Assembly (NCBI GenBank): GCA_900549845.1
Contig: URPT01000001.1
Span: 1-48,491, forward strand
Length of the DNA stretch: 48,491 nucleotides
Source of the DNA: an uncultured Veillonella sp.
GTDB taxonomy: Bacteria > Bacillota > Negativicutes > Veillonellales > Veillonellaceae
Direction of reading: 5' to 3'
Below the pieces are notes generated by a model, which was given only the letters and a program-made list of their open reading frames with translations, was not told where the DNA came from and did no database searches. This document shows positions 9,465-17,969 of the stretch, piece by piece; within the stretch, counting starts at the first letter, position 1; every line of letters starts with the position of its first letter. The position numbers were made by a program, and so were the translations under genes.

Positions 9465-9785
9465 ATGGACAAGTTTATTCCAACACCTACCATCAGTGAG
9501 ATATTGAAAGAAGAGTTTATGGAGCCATTAGGATTATCTGCATATCGATTAGCTAAAGATATACATGTGCCTGTTTCGCGTATTCAGGAAATCTTGAATG
9601 GGACACGAGCTATTTCAGCAGACACCTCTCTACGTTTAGCTAAATACTTTGGTGTTTCTGAAGGATATTTCTTGCGGTTGCAGATGGATGTTGATTTACG
9701 TACCGCAAAGCATAGTGCAGGGATGGAGGAAGTATTAAGCTCTATTGATCATTGTAATGCATTAGAACCTGTAGACTGTCAATGA
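9465..9785 (+). CDS. higA: HigA-family antitoxin (HTH)
   Basis: EIL.EEF.EPLGLSAY.LA..I.VP.SRI..I..G.R.I.ADT.LRLAKYFG.S..F..LQ. Lies downstream of the toxin. Confidence 0.9.
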   Translation: MDKFIPTPTISEILKEEFMEPLGLSAYRLAKDIHVPVSRIQEILNGTRAISADTSLRLAKYFGVSEGYFLRLQMDVDLRTAKHSAGMEEVLSSIDHCNALEPVDCQ

Positions 9786-9869
9786 GATATTGATAATTTT
9801 CGATATATTTGGTACACTTAACTTATAAATATATCGTTATAACATTATGTATTACTATAAGGAGACGCT

Positions 9870-10223
9870 ATGTTATTTGTTGAATATCCTAAATGCACAA
9901 CATGCAAAAAAGCAAAGAAATTCTTAGATGATCATAATATTAAATACACAGATCGTGACATTAAGTCTGAAAATCCTACAGCTGAAGAAATTGCTGCGTG
10001 GTATCCACAATCTGGTAAAGATTTAAAAGCATTCTTCAATACATCTGGTATGATTTATCGTGAACAACAATTGAAGGATAAATTACCAAACCTTAGCGAA
10101 GAAGAAAAACTCGCTTTATTAGCATCCAATGGTATGCTTGTGAAACGTCCTATCTTGGTTCTTGAAGACAAAGTACTTGTTGGCTTTAAAGAAGCAGAAT
10201 GGATCGAGGCGTTGAAGCTCTAA
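9870..10223 (+). CDS. ArsC/Spx/YffB-family thioredoxin-fold protein
   Basis: YPKCTTCKKAKKFL, FFNTSG..YR, MLVKRP..VGF. Confidence 0.88.
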   Translation: MLFVEYPKCTTCKKAKKFLDDHNIKYTDRDIKSENPTAEEIAAWYPQSGKDLKAFFNTSGMIYREQQLKDKLPNLSEEEKLALLASNGMLVKRPILVLEDKVLVGFKEAEWIEALKL

Positions 10224-10260
10224 TTTTATATTAGTTAACCGAAAGAACAGGTCCCTAAAA

Positions 10261-10524
10261 GCCTCCATAGCGAGCTAAGTCGTTTTTAGGGACCTGTTCT
10301 TTCTACGTCTAATAAAGAAATAAGAGCTTTCAACTAAAGCTCTTAAGGGAATGTCATTTTTAGAGATAGGTGCTTTTCTTTTTATATGAAATTAGGATCT
10401 TCAACTTAGGCCTATTGGAAGGCCTCCATAGTGAGCTAAGTCGTTTTTAGGGATCTGTTCTTTCTATGTCTAATAAAGAAATAAGAGTTTTCAACTAAAG
10501 CTCTTAAAGGAGAAGTCATTTTTA
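10261..10524. repeat. Direct repeat of about 102 bp (10261-10362 and 10422-10524) with internal hairpins
   Basis: Near-identical copies GCCTCCATAG(C/T)GAGCTAAGTCG...GTCATTTTTA. Copy 1 overlaps a perfect 20-bp inverted repeat (10241-10260 / 10284-10303). Confidence 0.9.
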
Positions 10525-10590
10525 TAAATTTATTCTTTTGGTACTACATAAAGAAATTGTAGTTCTTTATCATTTATCGAAAAAAATGAT

Positions 10591-10649
10591 TTGTATATAA
10601 TTCGCATATTTTGTATAATGGTTACATTGTAGATATACCCCTATGGGTA
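10591..10649 (+). promoter_or_regulatory. Promoter with CsoR-type operator
   Basis: TTGTAT(10591)-17-TATAAT(10614), followed by TACCC-CTAT-GGGTA (10636-10649), matching the TACCCN4GGGTA CsoR-family pattern. Confidence 0.65.
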
Positions 10650-10783
10650 CATAGATTTATCAAATAATTTAGGTTCATATGGTTTTGAATTAATTTAGGT
10701 ATAGAGAGTTCTGAATTAATATTGTGTTGTTTTTGTTTTATTTCCGGAGTAAGTAAGGCCGGTTCTAGTGTATAGAGGTCTAT

Positions 10784-11557
10784 ATGAAATTTTTACAGTC
10801 TTTATCGGCGCAGGTGTCGTTGTTCACGCAAGGTGCTATTTTGGCGCTAGGTGTTTTATTTATTCTATTAGATGCCATCACAGAGTCATTCAATCCTGTT
10901 ATTGACTTGGCTTGGGTGACGGTTCTCGTTTGTGGTTTGCCGCTGCTCATTAATAGCGTTCAAAGTATTTTGAAGCATTTAGAGATCCATGCTAATTTCC
11001 TTATTGTTGTGGCCATGGTAGCGCTCATTTCCATTGGCGATTATCATACGGCGGCCTATGTGGGCCTCATCGTACAGGCTGGCTTTTTCTTGGAACAGCT
11101 TATCACAGGCGAGTCACATTATACCTTAGATGATGATATGCTTCCTGCCATGCCATCTCAACTCGTTGCTATGCGTCAGGGCATTAACAATTATTCATCT
11201 GTTATTGTTGTGGCTGTATTGTTATTATCTATGGGTTCCTTTGCATTGACACAGGATTTCATACATACCGTAACCTTGTTATTGGTACTATGCCCGTGTT
11301 CCTTGGAGCTTATCTTAGTGGCGCTCATGATGGGCTCTCTTGTGGATGATGCATCTCCCGTATCAGAGCTTTCAAAAGGAACAAAGCAGTCTCATTTAGG
11401 TTTACTCATCGTGTCCATTGTATTCCATATCGCCATTATCGGTGCTGGTGTATTTGGCTTCATGGATCCTGTTACGGCTGTTGCGTTGCACGGATTGGCG
11501 CGACTTGGTCTCGTGTATAATTTGAAAGTTCTCAATAGTTCTTTATGCGTAGCATAG
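10784..11557 (+). CDS. Membrane-domain-only homolog of P1B heavy-metal ATPases
   Basis: Multiple TM helices, ITGES remnant, LVLCPCSL intramembrane motif, C-terminal P..A..LH helix. No DKTGT or GDGxND. Confidence 0.75.
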   Translation: MKFLQSLSAQVSLFTQGAILALGVLFILLDAITESFNPVIDLAWVTVLVCGLPLLINSVQSILKHLEIHANFLIVVAMVALISIGDYHTAAYVGLIVQAGFFLEQLITGESHYTLDDDMLPAMPSQLVAMRQGINNYSSVIVVAVLLLSMGSFALTQDFIHTVTLLLVLCPCSLELILVALMMGSLVDDASPVSELSKGTKQSHLGLLIVSIVFHIAIIGAGVFGFMDPVTAVALHGLARLGLVYNLKVLNSSLCVA

Positions 11558-11589
11558 AATGTAGTGCAGTGTATAGTTTTAGACATAAT

Positions 11590-11626
11590 AAAATCCCCTA
11601 GTAACGATGTGTTACTAGGGGATTTT
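11590..11626. terminator. Bidirectional terminator
   Basis: AAAATCCCCTAGTAAC-GATGT-GTTACTAGGGGATTTT between convergent genes. Confidence 0.85.
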
Positions 11627-11653
11627 TGTGTTCAAACAACTGTTAGTTGTAGA

Positions 11654-12991
11654 TTACTGTTCTTTTGCTTGGGATTTATCACCAAGTGTGAGAAGTAGGA
11701 ATACGATAGCGAGGATACATGCACCAACGAGGGCTACGAAGCCGCCATCCCAACCATAAAGGTCAACCATGAGACCCATGAAGGCACCAGCACCAGCGGA
11801 ACCGATGAGGTAACCAAGAAGGCCTGTAAGACCAGTAGCACCACCTGTTGCTACCCGTGGTACCATGTCTGCTGCTTGAAGGCCGATCATCATAACAGGA
11901 CCGTAGATGAGGAAGCCGATAGCGATAAGTGCTAAGTTATCGATAAGGATATTGCCTGCTGGGTTGAACCAGTAAACGAGGATCGCCAAGATAACGAATA
12001 GCATGAAGCAGATAGTAGCTGGTGCACGGCGGCCACGGAATACACGGTCACTCAAATAGCCGCTTACGAGCATGCCTGGAATACCAGCCCATTCGTATAA
12101 GAAGTAAGCCCAACGGGAACCTTCTTTTGTAAAGCCTTTTACAGCTGTCAAATAAGTAGGAGCCCAGCTTACTACGCCATAACGGATGAAGTACACAAAG
12201 ATATTCGCAATTGCAAGATACCATAAGTATTTGTTATGCAAAATATATTTGTAGAAGATTTCTTTGAAAGTAGTTTTGTTTTCATCACTTACTTCAGCTG
12301 CAACTGTTTCGTGTTTATATTCTTCAATAGGTGGCAAGCCACAGGATTGAGGTGTATCTTTCAACAAGAAGAATGTAACTACAGCTAACACGATAGAAAT
12401 AAGAGCAGGGAAGAAGAAAATACTATGCCATGTACCAAATAGATAGATACCTAACGTAGCAAGGGGTGCGATGATACCGCCACCAAGGTTGTGGGATACG
12501 TTCCACCAGGACCACCAAGCGCCGCGTTCAGAACGGGAGAACCAAGTTACCATATTTTTCGCATATGGAGGATAGCCCATGCCTTGGAACCAACCATTTA
12601 AGAAGGCGAGCACGCACATGATAGGAATACTGCTTAAAACACCAGGTAAGGTGCCGAATAATAACATAACTAAAGCACTGAGCAATAGACCTACTGTGGA
12701 GAAGTATTTTGGGTTAGAGCGGTCAGACGCATTACCCATGACAAATTTACTTACGCCGTACGCTACGGATAAGAGGGTCATGACAATACCAAGATCCGCT
12801 TTAGTGTAACCGTACTCAGCAATCATGTACGGAACAGCCAAACTAAAGTTTTGGCGGATCAAATAGAATGTAGCATAACCAATAAAAGTACCTGCAAAGA
12901 CTTCTTTGCGAAGACGTTTGTAGGTGGAATCGATTTGCCCCTCTGGTAATCGTTCAATATGAGGAGCTGGAGAGAAAATCGACATCATCAC
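11654..12991 (-). CDS. Organophosphate:Pi antiporter (GlpT/PgtP, OPA family MFS)
   Basis: FYLIRQNFSLA, GWFQGMG.PP, ERG...WN.SHNLGGG, YEWAGIPG, YGPVMMIGL motifs. Confidence 0.9.
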   Translation of the reverse strand: MMMSIFSPAPHIERLPEGQIDSTYKRLRKEVFAGTFIGYATFYLIRQNFSLAVPYMIAEYGYTKADLGIVMTLLSVAYGVSKFVMGNASDRSNPKYFSTVGLLLSALVMLLFGTLPGVLSSIPIMCVLAFLNGWFQGMGYPPYAKNMVTWFSRSERGAWWSWWNVSHNLGGGIIAPLATLGIYLFGTWHSIFFFPALISIVLAVVTFFLLKDTPQSCGLPPIEEYKHETVAAEVSDENKTTFKEIFYKYILHNKYLWYLAIANIFVYFIRYGVVSWAPTYLTAVKGFTKEGSRWAYFLYEWAGIPGMLVSGYLSDRVFRGRRAPATICFMLFVILAILVYWFNPAGNILIDNLALIAIGFLIYGPVMMIGLQAADMVPRVATGGATGLTGLLGYLIGSAGAGAFMGLMVDLYGWDGGFVALVGACILAIVFLLLTLGDKSQAKEQ

Positions 12992-13377
12992 ACATCCTTT
13001 CTACAAAATGTCTTTTTTATCATACCATGTATGACTAAAAGTCGACTATGTTTTATTTTTAATTATGATAAATAGTTATTTTAACGTACCATTATGGGTA
13101 TTTGGCATAGGTTGAGTATTATTAAAAAATCTACTGTATGGCGGTAGTCTTCTTGTAAAAGCAGCTCGCAAACGCGTATTTGAAGGGTAATTAAAATTTA
13201 TTTACTGATTTGATTGATAAGGCATCATGAGCTAAACCTAATATAGTCAATAAAATAGCGCTATCTATTCCGAATAAAACTCAATTAGAGTTGTGGGATA
13301 GATAGCGCTTTTGTATTGTATATTAATTGTGAATATATTTATATACGTACGTGAATATATTGATTTTATAGTCTCAA

Positions 13378-13968
13378 TTAATCAATATATGTTACAGGAT
13401 AGCCTTTGGCTTCGATTTCGCGGCGGTTAAGACCGTTTGGTAAGTCTGGATAGCCAATAGCAAGGCTCGCATAGACTTTTTCACCGTCTTTTAGACCTAG
13501 TTCACGCATTTTAGCTTGGATGCGTTCGTTGTCTTGAAGGTGACGGATTTGGTTAACCCAGCAGCTACCAAGGTCTAATTCGTTGCAAGCAAGCATCATG
13601 TTTTGCATCGCACAAGATACATCGGCAAAGTTATTCGCATAGTTTGCTTGGCTAGCGAGTACGATGAGAACCGGTGCATTATAGTTGAATACAAACTTGC
13701 CTTCAGCGGACATTTTAATGATGTTTACCATGTAAGGTAATGTATTTTCCGTAATCGGCATTTTGCCGTATTCCTCTTGAACGAGTGTTACTAGCTCTTT
13801 GAGCACATCTTGGTTTGTGATGACCATAAAATGTGTCAATTGTGTATTACCGCCAGATGGAGCACGGCGGCCAGCGTCGAGGACTTGATCGATAAGCTCT
13901 CGAGATAATTGATCAGCTTTAAATTTACGCGTACTATGACGTGTTTTGATACATTCTAAGGTGTTCAT
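13378..13968 (-). CDS. Nitroreductase family protein
   Basis: TRHSTRKF, APSGGN.Q, QNMMLA...LGSCWV, AIGYP. Confidence 0.9.
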   Translation of the reverse strand: MNTLECIKTRHSTRKFKADQLSRELIDQVLDAGRRAPSGGNTQLTHFMVITNQDVLKELVTLVQEEYGKMPITENTLPYMVNIIKMSAEGKFVFNYNAPVLIVLASQANYANNFADVSCAMQNMMLACNELDLGSCWVNQIRHLQDNERIQAKMRELGLKDGEKVYASLAIGYPDLPNGLNRREIEAKGYPVTYID

Positions 13969-14261
13969 ATAGTCCTCCTATTATCAATCAGTTTTATATA
14001 GAGTTTCTTTTATTATACTACAGGACATAGATCTAGAAAGAAATTTAGAATGAGATTCAGAAAGAGCTGCAGAAGATGCAGCACATGGCGGGATGTGGTA
14101 TTGAATTCTAATATCAAAAAAATTTATTAATAGTTTCACAGCTTTATGGTGTGATTTCTGCCCATAAATTCTATAGAAGTACTCGTTTTTTAATAAAAAA
14201 GAAAAAATATATTAAATAATTGACAAATTTAAAAATTTGTGGACAAAGTAGATTTTTTACG

Positions 14262-14300
14262 TTGACTGCTTGCTGTAGAATTGTGTACAATTAATTTGTA
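14262..14300 (+). promoter_or_regulatory. Promoter with OhrR-like operator
   Basis: TTGACT(14262)-18-TACAAT(14286). TACAATT-A-ATTTGTA (14286-14300) is one mismatch from the OhrR palindrome TACAATT-N-AATTGTA. Confidence 0.6.
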
Positions 14301-14328
14301 GATTATTGTGTGCATATGGAGGTAGAAT

Positions 14329-14847
14329 ATGGCAGAAATTGGCGTACTGGAAGGTTATAAACATAAAGAAGATGTACCTGATGCAGAGTACATGAAATTA
14401 GACAACCAATTGAGCTTCCCACTTTATGTAGTGGCGAAGGAAATTGTTAATGCATATCGAAGTCACTTAGATCCGTTAAATTTGACATATACTCAATACA
14501 TCGTAATGATGGCATTGTGGCAATATGGTGATTTGTCCGTTAAAGAACTAGGTCAAGTATTGCGCCTTGATTCTGGTACATTAACACCACTTTTAAAGAA
14601 ATTAGAAGCTAAAGCATTCTTAAAGCGTAAGCGTAGTCGTCAAGATGAACGTGTCGTTATGGTAACCCTTACTGATACTGGTAAAGCATTACGTGACGAA
14701 GCTGTTCATGTACCGCGCCGCTTGTCTGAATCTGCAGGTCCGATTTTCGACGTAGAAGAAACGCGTCAATTGCGCATGTTGCTTAACAAATTGTTAGACG
14801 CAATCGATAACGCTAATGCTAGAACAGCAGAGAAGCTTAAGCGCTAA
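14329..14847 (+). CDS. MarR family regulator, OhrR/SarZ-like, lacking the sensor Cys
   Basis: KLDNQLSFPLY, LTYTQY.VMM.LW, LDSGTLTPLLKKLE, DER.V...LT..G. Confidence 0.88.
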   Translation: MAEIGVLEGYKHKEDVPDAEYMKLDNQLSFPLYVVAKEIVNAYRSHLDPLNLTYTQYIVMMALWQYGDLSVKELGQVLRLDSGTLTPLLKKLEAKAFLKRKRSRQDERVVMVTLTDTGKALRDEAVHVPRRLSESAGPIFDVEETRQLRMLLNKLLDAIDNANARTAEKLKR

Positions 14848-15006
14848 TGTAGTGTATTTTAGTAAGATCTCATATGCATCATTCTCTAATTTAATATATC
14901 TAATATTTTCATAAAATGTGATATACTATACATATAACGTATTGTACTGAGGTCATGTGAGATATGACCTGTTCGTGAGATGCCGTTCAGGCAAAAGGAG
15001 AGCATT

Positions 15007-15405
15007 ATGAATAAAAATTTATTAGGCGCATTTGTATTAGCCGGTACATTATTAGTTGGTGGTGTTGCTAACGCAGCAAACTGGAATGGTTTAGCTAACT
15101 ATCCAGAGGTTCCAAACAGTGCAAATGGTTCTGAAACATACTTCTTTGATAAAGCATCCCAATTCAGTGGTATTGATAGTAGCCGTAACTATGTATTCGG
15201 CATTAATGTAGTGAATATGCATAACAACCAATATGGTGAAGCTACATTGTTCAAATACATTGTTCACCCAAGCTTGCATACTGTATATCGTTTCTCTCCA
15301 GATGGTCAAGCGTACCAAATCACTCCTGGTTCTAATGAATACAACATGTTCTTGGCTGCTTGGAAAGAAGTATACGGCACTGATTTCTCTTTCCCAGCTT
15401 TATAA
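15007..15405 (+). CDS. Secreted hypothetical protein
   Basis: AAGGAG RBS, ATG at 15007, signal peptide ending ANA. Confidence 0.75.
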   Translation: MNKNLLGAFVLAGTLLVGGVANAANWNGLANYPEVPNSANGSETYFFDKASQFSGIDSSRNYVFGINVVNMHNNQYGEATLFKYIVHPSLHTVYRFSPDGQAYQITPGSNEYNMFLAAWKEVYGTDFSFPAL

Positions 15406-15493
15406 TTTGATGGCGCAAGCCGTAATAATTACATAACTATTGCTGGTGAAAGCTCCTTTGGGCTTTCACCAGTGTTGTTTATGGAGGTTTCCT

Positions 15494-16264
15494 ATGTCTA
15501 AATCTGAATTTGCTCAAGCCTATACGGAGCGCATGTTCCCTGATATTGCAGCCCCTGCAGGTTATATCGACCCTGAGTTTGAAGTATTGTTTGATAATTT
15601 TGCCTTTGACGAAGTTATTACCGAAGAGGGTCGCAATGTGCCTGCCAAGGATCGTTTCTTGGCTATCCTTGCTACATTAGTGGGTGTATCTGCCGTCGAT
15701 GAATATGCGTTGATGCTACCAGCAGCACTTAACTTTGGCTTGATTCCCGATGAAGTAATAGAGCTCCTTTATCAAGCTGTGCCATATCTTGGTATCGGTC
15801 GTGTGCGTCCATTCTTTAAAGTCACAAATAAGATTTTTGACTATCGTGGGGAAACTGTTGTAGATCCATCTCGCAGCACAATCACTAGTGAGTCTCGCAT
15901 TGAAAAGGGCGTTGAAAAGCAAGTTGAAATCTTTGGTGAGTCTATCCGTAATTCTTACCAAGAAGGCCCTGAAGAGACACGTCATATCAAGAAATGGCTT
16001 GCTAATATGTTCGGTGACTACTACACTCGTAAAGGATTGAGTGTGGCTCATCGTGAAATGATTACCTTCTGTTTCTTAGCGGCTCAAGGTGGCTGTGAAC
16101 CTCAGCTCAAGGCTCACGTAGAAGGCAACTTGAATGTAGGAAACAGTAAACAATATTTGATTAACATCGCCTCCCAATGCGTACCGTACATCGGTTACCC
16201 TCGTACATTGAATGCCCTTCGTTGCATTCAAGACGGCTATACCGCATGGGAAGCTAAACAATAA
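15494..16264 (+). CDS. Carboxymuconolactone decarboxylase (CMD/AhpD-like) family, two-domain
   Basis: NFAFDEV, Q.VPYLG.G, FGDYYTR.GL...REMIT, PYIGYPR.LNAL. ATG at 15494 after GGAGG. Confidence 0.85.
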   Translation: MSKSEFAQAYTERMFPDIAAPAGYIDPEFEVLFDNFAFDEVITEEGRNVPAKDRFLAILATLVGVSAVDEYALMLPAALNFGLIPDEVIELLYQAVPYLGIGRVRPFFKVTNKIFDYRGETVVDPSRSTITSESRIEKGVEKQVEIFGESIRNSYQEGPEETRHIKKWLANMFGDYYTRKGLSVAHREMITFCFLAAQGGCEPQLKAHVEGNLNVGNSKQYLINIASQCVPYIGYPRTLNALRCIQDGYTAWEAKQ

Positions 16265-16349
16265 GAAATCATGTAATACATCAACGTGTTATGTAATCTA
16301 TATATGATATATAGTTCATAAACATGTTAGGTAAATATAAAGGAGTTCT

Positions 16350-16976
16350 ATGTTTGATTTAAATCCGATACAGATATTAGCTAGTATTCCCGCTATTATC
16401 ATCGTTTTTTCTGTCTTTGGATATGCAGAGGCCAAGGTAGCTACCTGGTTTGGCGATCCAACACCTCGGATGGCGGGGCGCCTCACATTATCTCCTTTGG
16501 CACACCTTGATTTAATAGGTACTATCTGTATTATTCTAGTTGGCTTTGGCTGGCCTAAAGGGATGGCTATTAATCCATCTTACTTTAAAGACCCACGCCG
16601 TGATATGAGCTTACTTGCTTTTGCAGGTCCTATAGCAGGCTTGATTACAGGCTTCGTATTTACTTTCATATACGTACTCTTAGGTAATTTGAATCTTATG
16701 CAGTCACCTGGTTTACCGATGGTTATGCAATACATTATTTTGTATAGCATTGGCCTTTCCATTTTCTGCTTAATTCCATTCCCACCATTACCTGGTTTTA
16801 ATATCATTTTGCCGTGGCTACCAACAGAATGGCAAATTAAATATTACCAATTAGGGATGATTAACTTGATCTTCTTTATCATCCTTATTAATACACCGAT
16901 TATTTCTATGGTAATCCGTCCATTGCAACAAACGATTTTCAAAATTTACTTTGCAATCATTGGGACAATTTTATAA
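16350..16976 (+). CDS. Site-2 protease (M50)-like membrane protein with degenerate active site
   Basis: GDPT...GRLTL.PL.H.D..G, GW.K...NP, AGP all present. HExxH reads FGYAE and NLLPxxPLDG reads CLIPFPPLPG. Confidence 0.8.
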   Translation: MFDLNPIQILASIPAIIIVFSVFGYAEAKVATWFGDPTPRMAGRLTLSPLAHLDLIGTICIILVGFGWPKGMAINPSYFKDPRRDMSLLAFAGPIAGLITGFVFTFIYVLLGNLNLMQSPGLPMVMQYIILYSIGLSIFCLIPFPPLPGFNIILPWLPTEWQIKYYQLGMINLIFFIILINTPIISMVIRPLQQTIFKIYFAIIGTIL

Positions 16977-17519
16977 ATATATTTGGTGAAAGCCACTTCC
17001 GTAACTGTATATACTAATGGATATACTAGACATATATACTAGACATATAAAAAGCCTCTACCGTATAGGTAATTTCTATATGGTAGAGGCTTTTTCTAGT
17101 ATATCTGCCTTATGTTAATCGCTTTTCTAGTATATGTGCCTTATGTTGATTTTTTTGAGTGCTAGATTTTCTTGTTAGTAGATTTTAACTGCATTATGAT
17201 TATTGCTACTAATCGTATAACTATATTTTACTAGGGACTACTTTAAAATAATTGGTATCGATATATTTATATTAAAAACTATCGATATAGTTTTCATAAT
17301 ATGATATACTGAGTGTAGAAATCGTAATTTTTCGATATAACAGTGTTTTAGTATATCGTAGATAAAACAGTGTTAATTACTGAATATAAAGTAGTGATAA
17401 ATACTATATATAATGAAGTATTTAATACTATATATAATGTAGTATGTAATACCATAAGTATATTGACACAGTGTATAAGTTAGTATAGAGATATTCAAGT
17501 GAATAGAAGAGGAATACAT

Positions 17520-17753
17520 ATGGATTTTGAAGAAAACCAAGTACCAGAGGCGATTCTGGACAAGCTTACAAAGGTGTGTACATGCCGTAGCATTACACGT
17601 AAAACGATTAAGGAAGCCATTTTGAATGGCGCTCACACATTTCCTGAGGTAAAAGAAGCAACACGTGCCGGCACAGGCGCTTGCGGTGGTAAAGGCTGTG
17701 GCCCTCGCATCGTTAAGCTCTTAGCAGAAATGAAAGAGCAAGGTAAAATTTAA
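17520..17753 (+). CDS. BFD-like [2Fe-2S]-binding protein
   Basis: VCTCR..T...I..AI..G...V...T.AGTGACGG..C. ATG at 17520 after GAGG. Confidence 0.85.
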   Translation: MDFEENQVPEAILDKLTKVCTCRSITRKTIKEAILNGAHTFPEVKEATRAGTGACGGKGCGPRIVKLLAEMKEQGKI

Positions 17754-17969
17754 AACTAAGTAAAATTTAAGATTAAGCAACAGTTAAGCGTAAGTTTGAC
17801 CTTAATTCATATAAAGACTATTACTTCAAACCAATACGGTATATATTCGTAGGTTTTGGGTAATAGTCTTTTTTGCGCTAACGATTCACGAGATGTATTG
17901 GCGTTTTGGGGTTGTCTTTATTATTTGATATACTATACATAATACTTTTTAGAGATTTTGGAGGTATAT

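Noticed and set aside
10261..10524. Possible CRISPR array or type III antitoxin array
   Set aside because: Only two long copies, no repeat-spacer periodicity, and no cas or ToxN-like gene adjacent.
15409..15480. Possible riboswitch (e.g. fluoride) before the CMD gene: GNRA mini-hairpin plus an 11-bp stem
   Set aside because: No convincing match to a known aptamer consensus. More simply a terminator or processing hairpin of the upstream gene.
17373..17636. 87-aa minus-strand ORF
   Set aside because: Antisense to the BFD-like gene and running through low-complexity promoter repeats.
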